A stretch of 64,000 nucleotides of DNA, from positions 355-64,354 of the forward strand of contig CAZFKS010000006.1 of NCBI GenBank assembly GCA_964519725.1, written 5' to 3'. This stretch comes from an uncultured Gammaproteobacteria bacterium (GTDB taxonomy: Bacteria > Patescibacteriota > Patescibacteriia > Magasanikbacterales > UBA922). The position numbers and the translations under genes were made by a program. Positions 17,773 to 27,862 of the stretch are shown one piece after another (position 1 is the stretch's first letter; each line of letters begins with the position of its first letter). Under the pieces are notes generated by a model. It made no database searches. It was not told where the DNA came from and was given only the letters and a program-made list of their open reading frames with translations.

Positions 17773-19779
17773 ATGAAAAAAAATTATTCTCAAATTATTT
17801 GGTGGTTAACCGTGGCTACGTTTCTGGTTCCGCTCATTGTTATCCCAGGTAGTTTTATTTTTCCGTTTATTGTGCCAAAAGCACTGGCGTTTCGGATGTT
17901 AGTATTGTGTCAGTTGGGAGTGTTTTTGACTGCGTACTATGCGCATAATTCAGATCTCAAAATTAGACCGACCGCTGTGTCCTGGGCTGTACTGGCGTTT
18001 GCCCTTAGTTTTACTTTGTCTACTTTTTTAGGAACTGATGTTCACCACAGTCTGTGGGATAATCACGAGCGGATGTTAGGCCTGTTTACCGTGTTACACT
18101 ACGTGATTTATTTTTTCATTCTTTCCACAATTTTTCGGACTAAAGACGTGTGGCACTCACTATTGCGATTATTCCTGGCAGCAGGAAGTGTGGTGATGCT
18201 GATCGGTTTGTTACAAAAAATTAGTCCAAATTTTTTGTTAAATAATGGTAGTGCGCGTGTTTCCGCTACGCTCGGTAATGCAATTTATCTAGGTGCTTAC
18301 GGGATATTTTTATTTTTTGTAAGTTTGTATTTTTTCTTTTTAGAAAAAAAATGGTGGTATTTGGTAGGTAGTTTGCTAGCCTTCACTGGTATTTTGATTA
18401 GCGGTACCCGCGGTTCAGTGCTTGGTTTAGTGGCTGGCTTAGGAACCATGATGACAGTATATTTTTTAACTTTGCCAAAAGAACAAAATAAAGCGCGAAA
18501 ATGGCTGGGCTCATTTGCGATTGGTTTGGTGCTCGTGTTTGGGGTTTTATTTGCTTTTAGGCATACAAACACTGTGCAATCTTTGCCAGCGGTTGGTAGT
18601 TTGGTCAATACGACTATCTCTGGGACAGCGAGTACTCGGTTGATGGCGTGGAAAATTGCAATTGAATCATGGCAAGATAAACCAATTTTTGGTTGGGGTC
18701 CAAATAATTTTTTCTACGCCTTTAATAAATATTATAATCCAGAATTTTTGCGGTTTGGTTGGGGTGAAACTTGGTTTGATAATGCGCACAATATTATTTT
18801 GAATACCCTAGCCACCCAGGGTTTGGTAGGGGTAGTAACCTATCTAAGTCTATTTGGTGCCGCGGTATTTTTGTTAATTCGAGGCTATCGACAGGGGAGA
18901 GTTTCACAGCATTTGACTGCAGTTGGATCGGCTTTTTTGGCTGGGCATCTGGTACAAAATATATTTGTATTTGAAAACATTACCTCGTATCTGTATTTTT
19001 TCTTTTTTTTAGCCATGGTGAGTAGTTTAAGTTTAGGCGCTGATACTGAACCAGTTAAAGCTAGACCCGTGTTATCATCGGGTTTACTGGGTGGAATGTG
19101 GGCCGTGCTGGCGCTGTTAATTTTTGCGACTAACATTAATGTTGCTCGGGCAAATTCAGGCATGATTAATACTTTGCAAACAATTTACCAAGGCGGTGAT
19201 GTGATAGCAGTGTATAACAAAAATAGCCAAATTGGCTCACCGCATCAAGCAGACAATCGTTTGGATTTGGGACGAGCCATTACTCAGATAGCCGGGCAGT
19301 ATTCTGAACAAAATCGTCAAGCTGAATTTCAACCTCTCGCTGAATTAGCAATTCAAGAATTAGATAAAAATCGTCTTGAGCATCCCTATGACATTCGTAA
19401 TCAAGTTCAAGAAGCACAGTTACTACAGATTGCTTACGAAATGTACCACAACACTGACCATTTGTTAAAAGCTAATGAAATTTTGTTAGAAGCTAAAACC
19501 AAATCACCAGAACGCCAACAAGTTGATTATATGCTCTCTGGAATTAAAATTTCACTTGGTGATAAAAAAACAGCCGTTGATATTTTACAGGCTAGTGTCG
19601 AACGAACGCCAAGTATTGGTGAAGGTTGGTGGCGCTTGATTTATACCTTGCAAGTTAGTGGTGATACGGCTGGAGCAAAAGCAAAAGCTCTTGAGGCAAG
19701 AGAAAGGGGAATTGTATTTGACGCGATCGGTGAGTCAATTGTTGGACCACTGGCACCAAAAGCAACGACCACTCAGTAA
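17773..19779 (+). CDS. Wzy_C-family polytopic membrane protein (O-antigen ligase / O-oligosaccharyltransferase-like) with C-terminal TPR domain
   Basis: ~10-12 TM helices with an ISGTRGSVLGLVAGLG periplasmic-loop motif typical of Wzy_C (WaaL/PglL/PilO). The C-terminal ~250 aa are soluble and TPR-like. It converges with the GT4 gene, overlapping by 7 bp. Confidence 0.6.
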   Translation: MKKNYSQIIWWLTVATFLVPLIVIPGSFIFPFIVPKALAFRMLVLCQLGVFLTAYYAHNSDLKIRPTAVSWAVLAFALSFTLSTFLGTDVHHSLWDNHERMLGLFTVLHYVIYFFILSTIFRTKDVWHSLLRLFLAAGSVVMLIGLLQKISPNFLLNNGSARVSATLGNAIYLGAYGIFLFFVSLYFFFLEKKWWYLVGSLLAFTGILISGTRGSVLGLVAGLGTMMTVYFLTLPKEQNKARKWLGSFAIGLVLVFGVLFAFRHTNTVQSLPAVGSLVNTTISGTASTRLMAWKIAIESWQDKPIFGWGPNNFFYAFNKYYNPEFLRFGWGETWFDNAHNIILNTLATQGLVGVVTYLSLFGAAVFLLIRGYRQGRVSQHLTAVGSAFLAGHLVQNIFVFENITSYLYFFFFLAMVSSLSLGADTEPVKARPVLSSGLLGGMWAVLALLIFATNINVARANSGMINTLQTIYQGGDVIAVYNKNSQIGSPHQADNRLDLGRAITQIAGQYSEQNRQAEFQPLAELAIQELDKNRLEHPYDIRNQVQEAQLLQIAYEMYHNTDHLLKANEILLEAKTKSPERQQVDYMLSGIKISLGDKKTAVDILQASVERTPSIGEGWWRLIYTLQVSGDTAGAKAKALEARERGIVFDAIGESIVGPLAPKATTTQ

Positions 19780-20894
19780 AATCTAATTGTTTCAGCGACC
19801 ATTTCTTCTACGGTACGCACTTTTTTGGGATCAATTGTTTGGCGGTGGTTAAGATTAGAGATAAGCGCATCTTGTAGGGCGCGGACATTGTTTGGTACGC
19901 ACAATGTGGAGAGTGAATAATCGGCCAGCAAGCCGCTGATTCCGCCTACGGCAGTAGCGACAATTGGAATGCCGGCACTCATAGCTTCAAAAATGGTGTA
20001 GGGTAAACCCTCCTTGCGTGAGGGGAGTACAAACACATCAAAGGCTTTTAAATAGGCCGCAGCTTCTGGCACAGCCCCAAGCAAGTGAATATTTTTGCTG
20101 ATTTTTAGTTTTTTAATTAAATTTTCTAGGTTGGCTTGCTCTGGGCCAGTTCCTAAGATAAAAAAGTGCACACCGGGTTTTTGGTGCACAATTTCAGCTG
20201 CAGCGGCAATAAGGATATCAAGACCTTTGGTCAAAAATAAATTGGCAATTGTCCCTACCCAGTAGTTTGGGGTTTTGGTCGTAGTTAGAGCGCATAATTT
20301 TTGGCGCGCATCTTTGGCTAAATAAAATTTTGGAGTGGTAATTCCGGTTTGAATGATTTGTAATTTTTTTTCAGGAATGTTAAGGCTAAGCCCAATCCGT
20401 TTTTCTTTTTCTGATAAAATAATTAAAGTGTCCTTAAACCGAGCCGTCCATTTTTCTAACCAGCGATACAGGAGACGGACTGGGTAAGCAAGAGGCTCTA
20501 AAAAGACCCACCCGTGAACTGTGTAGATAATTTTCGGGCGGTTTTTTAGGCCGATGGCGGCCAAAGAGCCAATAATGCCGGCTTTTGAACTATTCAGGTG
20601 GACAACAGTAAAGCCGCCAGTTTGGTACAGCTTGCGGATTTCAAAAATCGCCCGGAGGTCTTCTAGGGGGCGAATAGGCCGAACTAGGTGTTTTAGGGCC
20701 AAGACTTGACGAGGAGGCGAGAGACGGCTAAGGGCCACCTGGAGGTCCTGGGGACCGCTTGCTTCACCAATAGCCACTGTGACGCTCTCTGGGGGTAGGG
20801 AAGAGGCTAGGTCAAAAACATAGCGCTGAGCCCCGCCCCAAAAGCCCTGAGTGATGATGTAGAGGATTTTACCTGGCTCAGATTGACTTTTCAT
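19773..20894 (-). CDS. GT4 glycosyltransferase
   Basis: GFWGGAQRYVFDLASSL at the N-terminus. EX7E motif EGLPYTIFEAMSAGIPIVATAVGGI. Confidence 0.8.
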   Translation of the reverse strand: MKSQSEPGKILYIITQGFWGGAQRYVFDLASSLPPESVTVAIGEASGPQDLQVALSRLSPPRQVLALKHLVRPIRPLEDLRAIFEIRKLYQTGGFTVVHLNSSKAGIIGSLAAIGLKNRPKIIYTVHGWVFLEPLAYPVRLLYRWLEKWTARFKDTLIILSEKEKRIGLSLNIPEKKLQIIQTGITTPKFYLAKDARQKLCALTTTKTPNYWVGTIANLFLTKGLDILIAAAAEIVHQKPGVHFFILGTGPEQANLENLIKKLKISKNIHLLGAVPEAAAYLKAFDVFVLPSRKEGLPYTIFEAMSAGIPIVATAVGGISGLLADYSLSTLCVPNNVRALQDALISNLNHRQTIDPKKVRTVEEMVAETIRFY

Positions 20895-20947
20895 ATCAGG
20901 TATAGCATACTACAGGCAATTAAAAACTGCAATATTTTGGCTAAAAT

Positions 20948-22483
20948 ATGAGAATTTTAATCACTGGTGGGGCGGGTTTCATTGGTTCGCATTTATGCGG
21001 CCGATTTTTACGCGAAGGTCACGAAGTAATTTGCGTGGATAGTTTTTTTAGTGGGAAAAAAGAAAATGTTCAGGAGTATCTCAATAATCCAAAATTCACT
21101 TTGATTAAGCATGATATAAGGTATCCATTTAAAGTACCGGGTCAAACTTTGGATCGGATTTACAACTTGGCTTGTCCGGCGTCACCGACTCAATATCAAT
21201 TCGATCCAATCTTAACCATTGAAACAGCCATTATTGGTACGCAAAACATGTTAAAATTGGCGCGTAAAACTGGCGCACGCATGTTGCAAGCATCGACCTC
21301 AGAAGTGTATGGTGATCCACTGGAACATCCACAAAAAGAATCGTACTGGGGTAATGTTGATCCGCTGGGTAAACGCGCGTGTTATGATGAAGGTAAACGC
21401 GCTGGTGAAGCGCTTTGTAAAGATTATGCGCTCGAATATGGCGTTGATGTTCGTATTATCAGAATTTTTAATACCTATGGCCCGCGCATGATGTTTAGCG
21501 ATGGCCGGGTACTATCTAATTTTATTGTCCAAGCTCTGCTTGGTGAAAATATCACGGTTCATGGTGATGGTACACAGACACGCAGTTTTTGTTATGTTGA
21601 TGATTTAATTGAAGGAATGATTCGCCGACTTGAACACCCAAACCCTGATTGGATGCCGGTTAACCTTGGTAATCCTGATGAACGAACAATTGGTGATTTA
21701 GCCAAAATGGTTAAAGAAAAAATTGATTCAGACAGTGAAATTATTTTTCAGCCGATTTCTCAAATTCCTAACCGCGAAGGTGATCCAAAACAAAGATGTC
21801 CGAATATTGAGCGCGCTAAAAAAGTACTTGCCTGGCAACCAGAGGTTGATTTTGCTGCTGGTCTGGCAGCCACAATTGCGGATTTTAAAAAGCGATTAAC
21901 TAATAAACCTAGACTTTTGGTATTTTTGGGCGCTGACCAAAAGCAGGTTGATTTAAAACATAAACTTTTACAAGTGGTGACTGAATCGTGTCCAGGTTGG
22001 GATTTTGATGTGATTACTAACGAATCAGATATTTCTAGTTTTGAAAACGTAACTGTTCATAAGGTTTCTGGTTCTCCAGGCAGTTTGTGGTTTGTTTTAG
22101 CTGCGGCAAAAAAAGCTAAAAAACTACAAAAGAAACATCTGTACCAGGTGGCTTGGGTGCTGGCCACTGGAAAAGCACATTTTGCGGCCGCCTTGTATTC
22201 TTGGTTCACTGGCGGTGCGGCGCCATTACTTTTAACAGCCCTTGAAAAGACGATTAATGAGTCGATGTTACGTCGTGGTAAAAAAATATCAGGCCTGTAT
22301 AATGCACTGATGCGACACGTTCATCGCTGGCAAGTAATTGCGCCTTTAACAGTAGAACAAAAACGCTGGCTCGAAGAAGACAGACAGGTTTCAGCAATTA
22401 ATTATGTTGATAGTTTGGAGCCGGCAGCACAAAATACGAAGCAGTTATTCCAAGAACTGGAAATACTATCGACGCGTTTGTAA
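20948..22483 (+). CDS. UDP-glucuronate decarboxylase (UDP-xylose synthase-like SDR) fused to a ~195-aa C-terminal domain of unknown function
   Basis: MRILITGGAGFIGSH...ASTSEVYGDP...YDEGKRAGEALC are UXS/ArnA-type motifs within ~315 aa. The extension (KPRLLVFLGADQKQ...GWDFDVITNESD...) matches nothing I recognise. Confidence 0.8.
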   Translation: MRILITGGAGFIGSHLCGRFLREGHEVICVDSFFSGKKENVQEYLNNPKFTLIKHDIRYPFKVPGQTLDRIYNLACPASPTQYQFDPILTIETAIIGTQNMLKLARKTGARMLQASTSEVYGDPLEHPQKESYWGNVDPLGKRACYDEGKRAGEALCKDYALEYGVDVRIIRIFNTYGPRMMFSDGRVLSNFIVQALLGENITVHGDGTQTRSFCYVDDLIEGMIRRLEHPNPDWMPVNLGNPDERTIGDLAKMVKEKIDSDSEIIFQPISQIPNREGDPKQRCPNIERAKKVLAWQPEVDFAAGLAATIADFKKRLTNKPRLLVFLGADQKQVDLKHKLLQVVTESCPGWDFDVITNESDISSFENVTVHKVSGSPGSLWFVLAAAKKAKKLQKKHLYQVAWVLATGKAHFAAALYSWFTGGAAPLLLTALEKTINESMLRRGKKISGLYNALMRHVHRWQVIAPLTVEQKRWLEEDRQVSAINYVDSLEPAAQNTKQLFQELEILSTRL

Positions 22484-22485
22484 GT

Positions 22486-23589
22486 ATGTCTGGTAAGCGG
22501 ATCGTAATCTTTACCACCGCGTATTTACCGTTTATAGGTGGGGCTGAAATAGCGGTAAAAGAGCTGACTGAAAGACTGCTTGATTTTGAGTTTGTCGTAA
22601 TTACACCGCGGTTAAAACCAAGTTTGCCAGCTGAAGAATTGATCGGACGCACAAAAGTAATTAGGGTTGGGCGGGGTAATTGGTTTGATAAACTTTTGTT
22701 TTGGTATAACGGTGAAAAAGTAGCGCGCAAACAGAGTTCTTTTGATTTGATTTGGGCGGTTATGGCTAGTTACGGTGGTCTTGCGGCTCTCCGCTATAAG
22801 AAAAAAAATCCAACAATCCCTTTTTTCTTAAATTTACAAGAAGGAGATAGTGTATATCACATTTACAGCCGTGCACTGTGGGTGTGGCCCTGGTTTAAAC
22901 AAGTTTTTAAACGAGCTGACTATATTCAAACCCTGAGTAATTATTTGGCTGATTGGGCCAAAAAAATGGGTGCCTGTTGTCCGGTAACTGTGGTGCCGAA
23001 CGGAGTCGCACTGACCGAAAGCGCGGGTATTAAAAAAACAGCCAAAGAGAAAATTATTTTGTCAGTATCTAGATTGGTGAAAAAAAATGGTCTTGAAGAT
23101 TTGGTGAAAGCCATGACCTTTTTGCCAAATGAATATGTGTTGTGGATTGTTGGTGACGGGGTGCTTAGACCTAAACTGGAGGCGCTGATTAAAAAAAAGC
23201 ACCTGGAAACGCGAGTCGTTCTAAAAGGTGAAGTGGTAAATGAAAAATTGCCAGAATTATATGGCCAGGCAAGTGTGTTCGTGAGACCTTCTCTGTCAGA
23301 GGGACTGGGGATTTCATTCTTAGAAGCCATGCAACTTGGGGTGCCAGTGATTGCTACGAGAGTAGGTGGAATTCCTGATTTTTTGCAAGCTGGTGTGACT
23401 GGCTGGTACTGTAGAGTTCGTGATCCCAGCAGTATTGCCACCCAAATTACTTACGTTTTGGCTGAAAAAAATGCGCTTGAGGTTGAACGAGTGGTACAGA
23501 CGGCCAAGAATTTAATTAGCCAAAAATATTCGTGGGAAGTAGTCACTAACCAAATGAAAAAAATATTTAATTTATTATGCGAATCTTAA
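22486..23589 (+). CDS. GT4 glycosyltransferase
   Basis: IVIFTTAYLPFIGGAEIAV...SLSEGLGISFLEAMQLGVPVIATRVGGIPDF. Confidence 0.8.
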   Translation: MSGKRIVIFTTAYLPFIGGAEIAVKELTERLLDFEFVVITPRLKPSLPAEELIGRTKVIRVGRGNWFDKLLFWYNGEKVARKQSSFDLIWAVMASYGGLAALRYKKKNPTIPFFLNLQEGDSVYHIYSRALWVWPWFKQVFKRADYIQTLSNYLADWAKKMGACCPVTVVPNGVALTESAGIKKTAKEKIILSVSRLVKKNGLEDLVKAMTFLPNEYVLWIVGDGVLRPKLEALIKKKHLETRVVLKGEVVNEKLPELYGQASVFVRPSLSEGLGISFLEAMQLGVPVIATRVGGIPDFLQAGVTGWYCRVRDPSSIATQITYVLAEKNALEVERVVQTAKNLISQKYSWEVVTNQMKKIFNLLCES

Positions 23590-24722
23590 TTGCAGCCGAC
23601 ATTTTTCCACCAGTATCTGGTGGTCCAGCGACTTATTCAGTGGGTTTGGCTAACGAATTTACTAAAAGTGGTACGGAGGTAACAATTGTCTCACTAACAC
23701 CGGGTTCTGACGCGAGCAAGGTAACCTGTCCAGTGTTTGCGGTACGTAAGGACACTAATAAAATTTTTCGCTATTTTGAATACGCTTGGCTACTGTTTAG
23801 AGAAGCCCGAAAGGTTGACTTAATTTATGCGATGGGGCCAGTAAACGCTGGTCTACCGGCACTTTTGGCAGCCAAAATTTTACGCAAAAAAGTAGTGGTA
23901 AAGGTGGTTGGGGATTATGCCTGGGAACAAGGATCACAGCGTTTTGGGGTCACAGATTTGATGGATGATTTTCAGGTTAAGAAATATGGTGGCGCGGTGG
24001 GATTGCTTCGTAAAATTGAGAGTTTTGTAACTACACGTGTGAATCGCGTCATTGTTCCGAGCGAATACTTGAAAAAAATTGTGACTGGTTGGGGAGTAAA
24101 GAGCGACCGGGTGAGTGTAATTTTTAATGCGATTCCATTACCAGAAATTGCCGCCGTGCAAACGGTCCAAACGAAAAATCAAGCTGAACAATGGATCGTA
24201 TATATTGGTCGCTTAGTGCCGTGGAAAGGGGCTAAAGAAGTGATTGAGATTATGCCAGAATTGACTAAAGAATTTCCTAATGCGCGGTTTAAAATCGTCG
24301 GTGACGGACCAGATCGGTCGAATGTAGAAAAAACAATCTCTACACAGGGGATGGAACGCTATGTAGAATTAGTAGGAAATGTTCCGCATGCTCAGGCGCT
24401 TTCGTATTTAAAGTCCGCTGATGTATTTGTACTTAATAGTGGCTACGAAGGCTTGTCGCATGTATTGGTGGAAGCCCTTAATTTCAATTGTAAGGTTTTG
24501 GCCAGTAATATTTGTGGAAATCCAGAAGTTATTATTCCGGCGGAAACTGGTGAATTGTTTACCTATAATAATAAGGCGGAAATTAAAGAAAAATTACGCG
24601 CAGCTTTGTCAGGAGCGATGCGCCCACCGTTTTCAAATACCATTGATCGGGAAACATTCTTTAAAAAATTTGAATTTAACCGGATGGTGGCCGAGACCAA
24701 AAAATTATTGGAAACAATATGA
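23577..24722 (+). CDS. GT4 glycosyltransferase
   Basis: RILIAADIFPPVSGGPATY...GYEGLSHVLVEALNFNCKVLASNICGNPEVI. Overlaps the previous gene by 13 nt. Confidence 0.8.
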   Translation: MRILIAADIFPPVSGGPATYSVGLANEFTKSGTEVTIVSLTPGSDASKVTCPVFAVRKDTNKIFRYFEYAWLLFREARKVDLIYAMGPVNAGLPALLAAKILRKKVVVKVVGDYAWEQGSQRFGVTDLMDDFQVKKYGGAVGLLRKIESFVTTRVNRVIVPSEYLKKIVTGWGVKSDRVSVIFNAIPLPEIAAVQTVQTKNQAEQWIVYIGRLVPWKGAKEVIEIMPELTKEFPNARFKIVGDGPDRSNVEKTISTQGMERYVELVGNVPHAQALSYLKSADVFVLNSGYEGLSHVLVEALNFNCKVLASNICGNPEVIIPAETGELFTYNNKAEIKEKLRAALSGAMRPPFSNTIDRETFFKKFEFNRMVAETKKLLETI

Positions 24723-25840
24723 AATTACTGTACGCGGTAATGGTTAGAATGCCAACCGAAAAAGCGCATGGCATTCAAATTGTAAAAACGATTGCGGCTT
24801 TGGTGAAAGCTGGTGTGACGGTTGATTTGCAGATACCGGATCGTAAAAATCCTATTAAAGTTGATATTTTTGAATATTACCAGGCTGAAAAAATCTTTGG
24901 AGTCACTAAAATTAAAGTGCGTGACTTGGTGTCAGAAAATCGCTTTGGCATACTTGGCTATTGGTGGCAGAGTTTTTTGTTTACCAGAAAAGTCAAACAA
25001 AATGCTTTTGGTTTTGATGTGCTGTATACTCGTGATTTGCCGGTGGCCTTAGGATTGGTGCGCGCGCAAAAACCGCTCATCTACGAAATTCATAGCCTAC
25101 CTAAACGACCGACTTTTTTACACAAATATGTTTGGAAAAAAAGTCAGGGTATTATTGTTATTAGTGATGGTCTACGTGAAGAACTGATCGCAGCTGGTGT
25201 TGAGGCACAAAAAATTACAGTAGTCCGTGATAGTGTGGATGTGGAGCAGTTTCAAAATGTTCCACAAAAAAATGCCTGTCGTGCTAATTTAAACATTCCG
25301 GTTGACCAAAAAGTGGTTGTCTACACTGGTCATTTGTACGGCTGGAAAGGGGCGGATACGTTAGCAGTATCAGCGGCTAAGTTGCCGACTGACACACACG
25401 TGTATATTGTGGGGGGGACTGATCAGGACGTGGCCAAGTTCAAAGAACAATTTAAAGCCCCAAATTTACACATTATGGGTCGCAGACCGCATCAAGAAAT
25501 GCCACTGTGGCTCGCTAGTAGCGATCTGTTAGTGATTCCAAACAGTGCTAAAGAAGCAATTGGGGCTAAATACACCTCACCGTTAAAATTGTTTGAATAC
25601 ATGGCGGCTAACCGTCCGATTGTGGCCACTGACGTGCCGGCCTTGCGTGAGGTTTTACTTGATAAGGCAGTCCTAGCTAAACCTGACAATGCCGACTCTT
25701 TGGCGCAGGCAATTCAGTCCGCGTTTACCAATTATAGTGAACATGTCAAAGCCGCTGAGTATTTGGCTGAGGCAGTGACCCAGTACAGTTGGGCCAATCG
25801 TGGCGTGCAAATTAAACAATTTATTGAAAATAAAGTGTAG
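24719..25840 (+). CDS. GT4-like glycosyltransferase
   Basis: ATGA overlap. VVYTGHLYGWKGADTLAVSAAKL...KYTSPLKLFEYMAANRPIVATDVPALREV. Confidence 0.7.
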   Translation: MKLLYAVMVRMPTEKAHGIQIVKTIAALVKAGVTVDLQIPDRKNPIKVDIFEYYQAEKIFGVTKIKVRDLVSENRFGILGYWWQSFLFTRKVKQNAFGFDVLYTRDLPVALGLVRAQKPLIYEIHSLPKRPTFLHKYVWKKSQGIIVISDGLREELIAAGVEAQKITVVRDSVDVEQFQNVPQKNACRANLNIPVDQKVVVYTGHLYGWKGADTLAVSAAKLPTDTHVYIVGGTDQDVAKFKEQFKAPNLHIMGRRPHQEMPLWLASSDLLVIPNSAKEAIGAKYTSPLKLFEYMAANRPIVATDVPALREVLLDKAVLAKPDNADSLAQAIQSAFTNYSEHVKAAEYLAEAVTQYSWANRGVQIKQFIENKV

Positions 25841-25841
25841 T

Positions 25842-26822
25842 ATGCGAACTTTGATGATTAGCCTTGATGAACGATTGTTAGAAACTGGCTCGGCTGTGGC
25901 TAAACGTCTTAGTGCTCTCGCAAACACAGATATTATTGTCCCTTCGACCAAAAAATTAAAAATAAAATTATCTGATTCGGTAACTGTGCTTGGTACAGGT
26001 GGAAATAAGTTGGCGCAATTTTTTGGGGTAATTAAAATTGGAAAAGAACTAATCAAGGATAATGAGTACGGCCTGATTACCACACAGGATCCATTTATGA
26101 CTGCGCTCGTTGGACTTATGATCCGGAAGCGCACCCCACTTGAAATACAAGTGCACGGTGATTTTTTTAGTAACTTAACCTTTGTTGGAAGTAGCCCAAA
26201 AAATTGGTGCTATTATTGGTTGGCCCGATTAATTACTTTGCGTGAGGCCAACCAAATTCGGGTGGTAGGGGAACGAGTTAAACAAAGCCTAGTAAAAATG
26301 GGCCTAAAAGCCCCAATTACCGTGCGGCCAGTAACACTTGATCTGGGTAAAATTAAAAATTATCAGCCAGCCTTTAGTGTTAAAAATAAATATCCAGGCT
26401 TTAAAAAATATTTTGCGTACGTGGGGCGCCTAGAAAAGGAAAAAAATTTGGCTTGGTTAATTACGGTATTTAGTGAGTATTTACAGGAAACAAAAAGTAA
26501 TGATGTATTGCTTGTGGTTGGTGATGGTTCGCAAAAAATGGAGTGTGAAAAATTAGTGAAAAAAAATGGTCAAGAAAAAAATATTATTTTTGTTGGTTGG
26601 GTTAGTGAGCCCTTTGATTATCTTAAAACAGTTGATTGCGTCCTGGTCCCAAGTTTGGCTGAAGGCTATGGACTGACAGCCATGGAAACGGCGGCGGCTG
26701 GCACAAAATTAATCATGACTGATGTGGGTGTGGCGAATTTTGAATTAAAAGCGAGTGACACTGTAGTTATTGTACCAACTAACTCCAGCGAAAAATTTGT
26801 TAGTGCCTTAAAACAAGTATGA
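25842..26822 (+). CDS. GT4-like glycosyltransferase
   Basis: The ATG at 25842 follows the previous stop directly. PSLAEGYGLTAMETAAAGTKLIMTDVGV. The track start 25800 is an extension. Confidence 0.7.
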   Translation: MRTLMISLDERLLETGSAVAKRLSALANTDIIVPSTKKLKIKLSDSVTVLGTGGNKLAQFFGVIKIGKELIKDNEYGLITTQDPFMTALVGLMIRKRTPLEIQVHGDFFSNLTFVGSSPKNWCYYWLARLITLREANQIRVVGERVKQSLVKMGLKAPITVRPVTLDLGKIKNYQPAFSVKNKYPGFKKYFAYVGRLEKEKNLAWLITVFSEYLQETKSNDVLLVVGDGSQKMECEKLVKKNGQEKNIIFVGWVSEPFDYLKTVDCVLVPSLAEGYGLTAMETAAAGTKLIMTDVGVANFELKASDTVVIVPTNSSEKFVSALKQV

Positions 26823-27862
26823 AGCTTTTGTTAATTACCCAAGCGGTTGATAAAACTGACCCAAATCTGGGCTTTTTTCACGCTTGGATTTTAAAATTGG
26901 CGGCTGAGGTGGAGCACTTGTACGTGATTTGTTTGCGCGCGGGCGAGTATGATTTGCCCAGTAATGTAACGGTTTTATCACTAGGTAAGGAGAAAAAGGA
27001 ATCGCGGGCGCAGTATTTACTTAGATTTTACCACTATATTTTTCAGTACCGAAAAAATTATCAGAGCGTCCTGGTGCATATGAACCCAGAGTATGTGGTT
27101 TTGGGTGGATTGTTTTGGCGGGTAATGCGGAAAAAGATTGGTCTGTGGTATGTGCACAAAAGTGTTGATCTTAAATTACGAATTGCGGAAAAAATGGTAA
27201 CAAAAATTTTTACTACTTCACCTGAAAGTTTCCGGTTGCGCACCAAAAAGATAAGTTATCTTGGGCATGGAATTAATATGGGGGAATTTAAAATCCAGGC
27301 ACCAGACATAAACTTGGTTTTTTTATCAGCCAGCAGAATTACTAGTAGTAAACATCTAGATACTATTGTTCAAGGTCTGGCTGAACTGAAAAAAAACGGT
27401 TTGAAAGCTAGATTAGAAATTGCCGGAGCACCAATTACTACCGCTGATAAAGTTTACTTGCAAGATTTGAAACAATTAGTCAGTGATCTGGGTCTTGATG
27501 CGGATGTAATATTTTTGGGTGGCTTAGATCGACTTGGATTAGTTGTGGCTCTGGCTCGCTCGCATTTACTCATTCACGCTAGTTCTACCGGAAGTACTGA
27601 CAAGATTGTGCTTGAGGCTCTGGCAAGTGGTCGACCAGTCATAACCTCAAGCGAGGCTTATCAAGAAGAAGCGAAAGCTGGATTCGTTGAGATCTTTAAA
27701 CCTGAAAACCCCACTGATTTGGCTGAGAAAATTATTCAGCTAAATAAAGCCGGAAAATTACAGACACCATTTTTACCTCGAACTGAATCGGTTGAATATA
27801 TCAGAAAACACCATAATTTAGACACTGTAATTAAACAAATAATCAATTATTTTACCGTATGA
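26819..27862 (+). CDS. GT4-like glycosyltransferase
   Basis: ATGA overlap. [25 protein letters not shown] is a C-terminal Rossmann motif. Confidence 0.6.
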   Translation: MKLLLITQAVDKTDPNLGFFHAWILKLAAEVEHLYVICLRAGEYDLPSNVTVLSLGKEKKESRAQYLLRFYHYIFQYRKNYQSVLVHMNPEYVVLGGLFWRVMRKKIGLWYVHKSVDLKLRIAEKMVTKIFTTSPESFRLRTKKISYLGHGINMGEFKIQAPDINLVFLSASRITSSKHLDTIVQGLAELKKNGLKARLEIAGAPITTADKVYLQDLKQLVSDLGLDADVIFLGGLDRLGLVVALARSHLLIHASSTGSTDKIVLEALASGRPVITSSEAYQEEAKAGFVEIFKPENPTDLAEKIIQLNKAGKLQTPFLPRTESVEYIRKHHNLDTVIKQIINYFTV

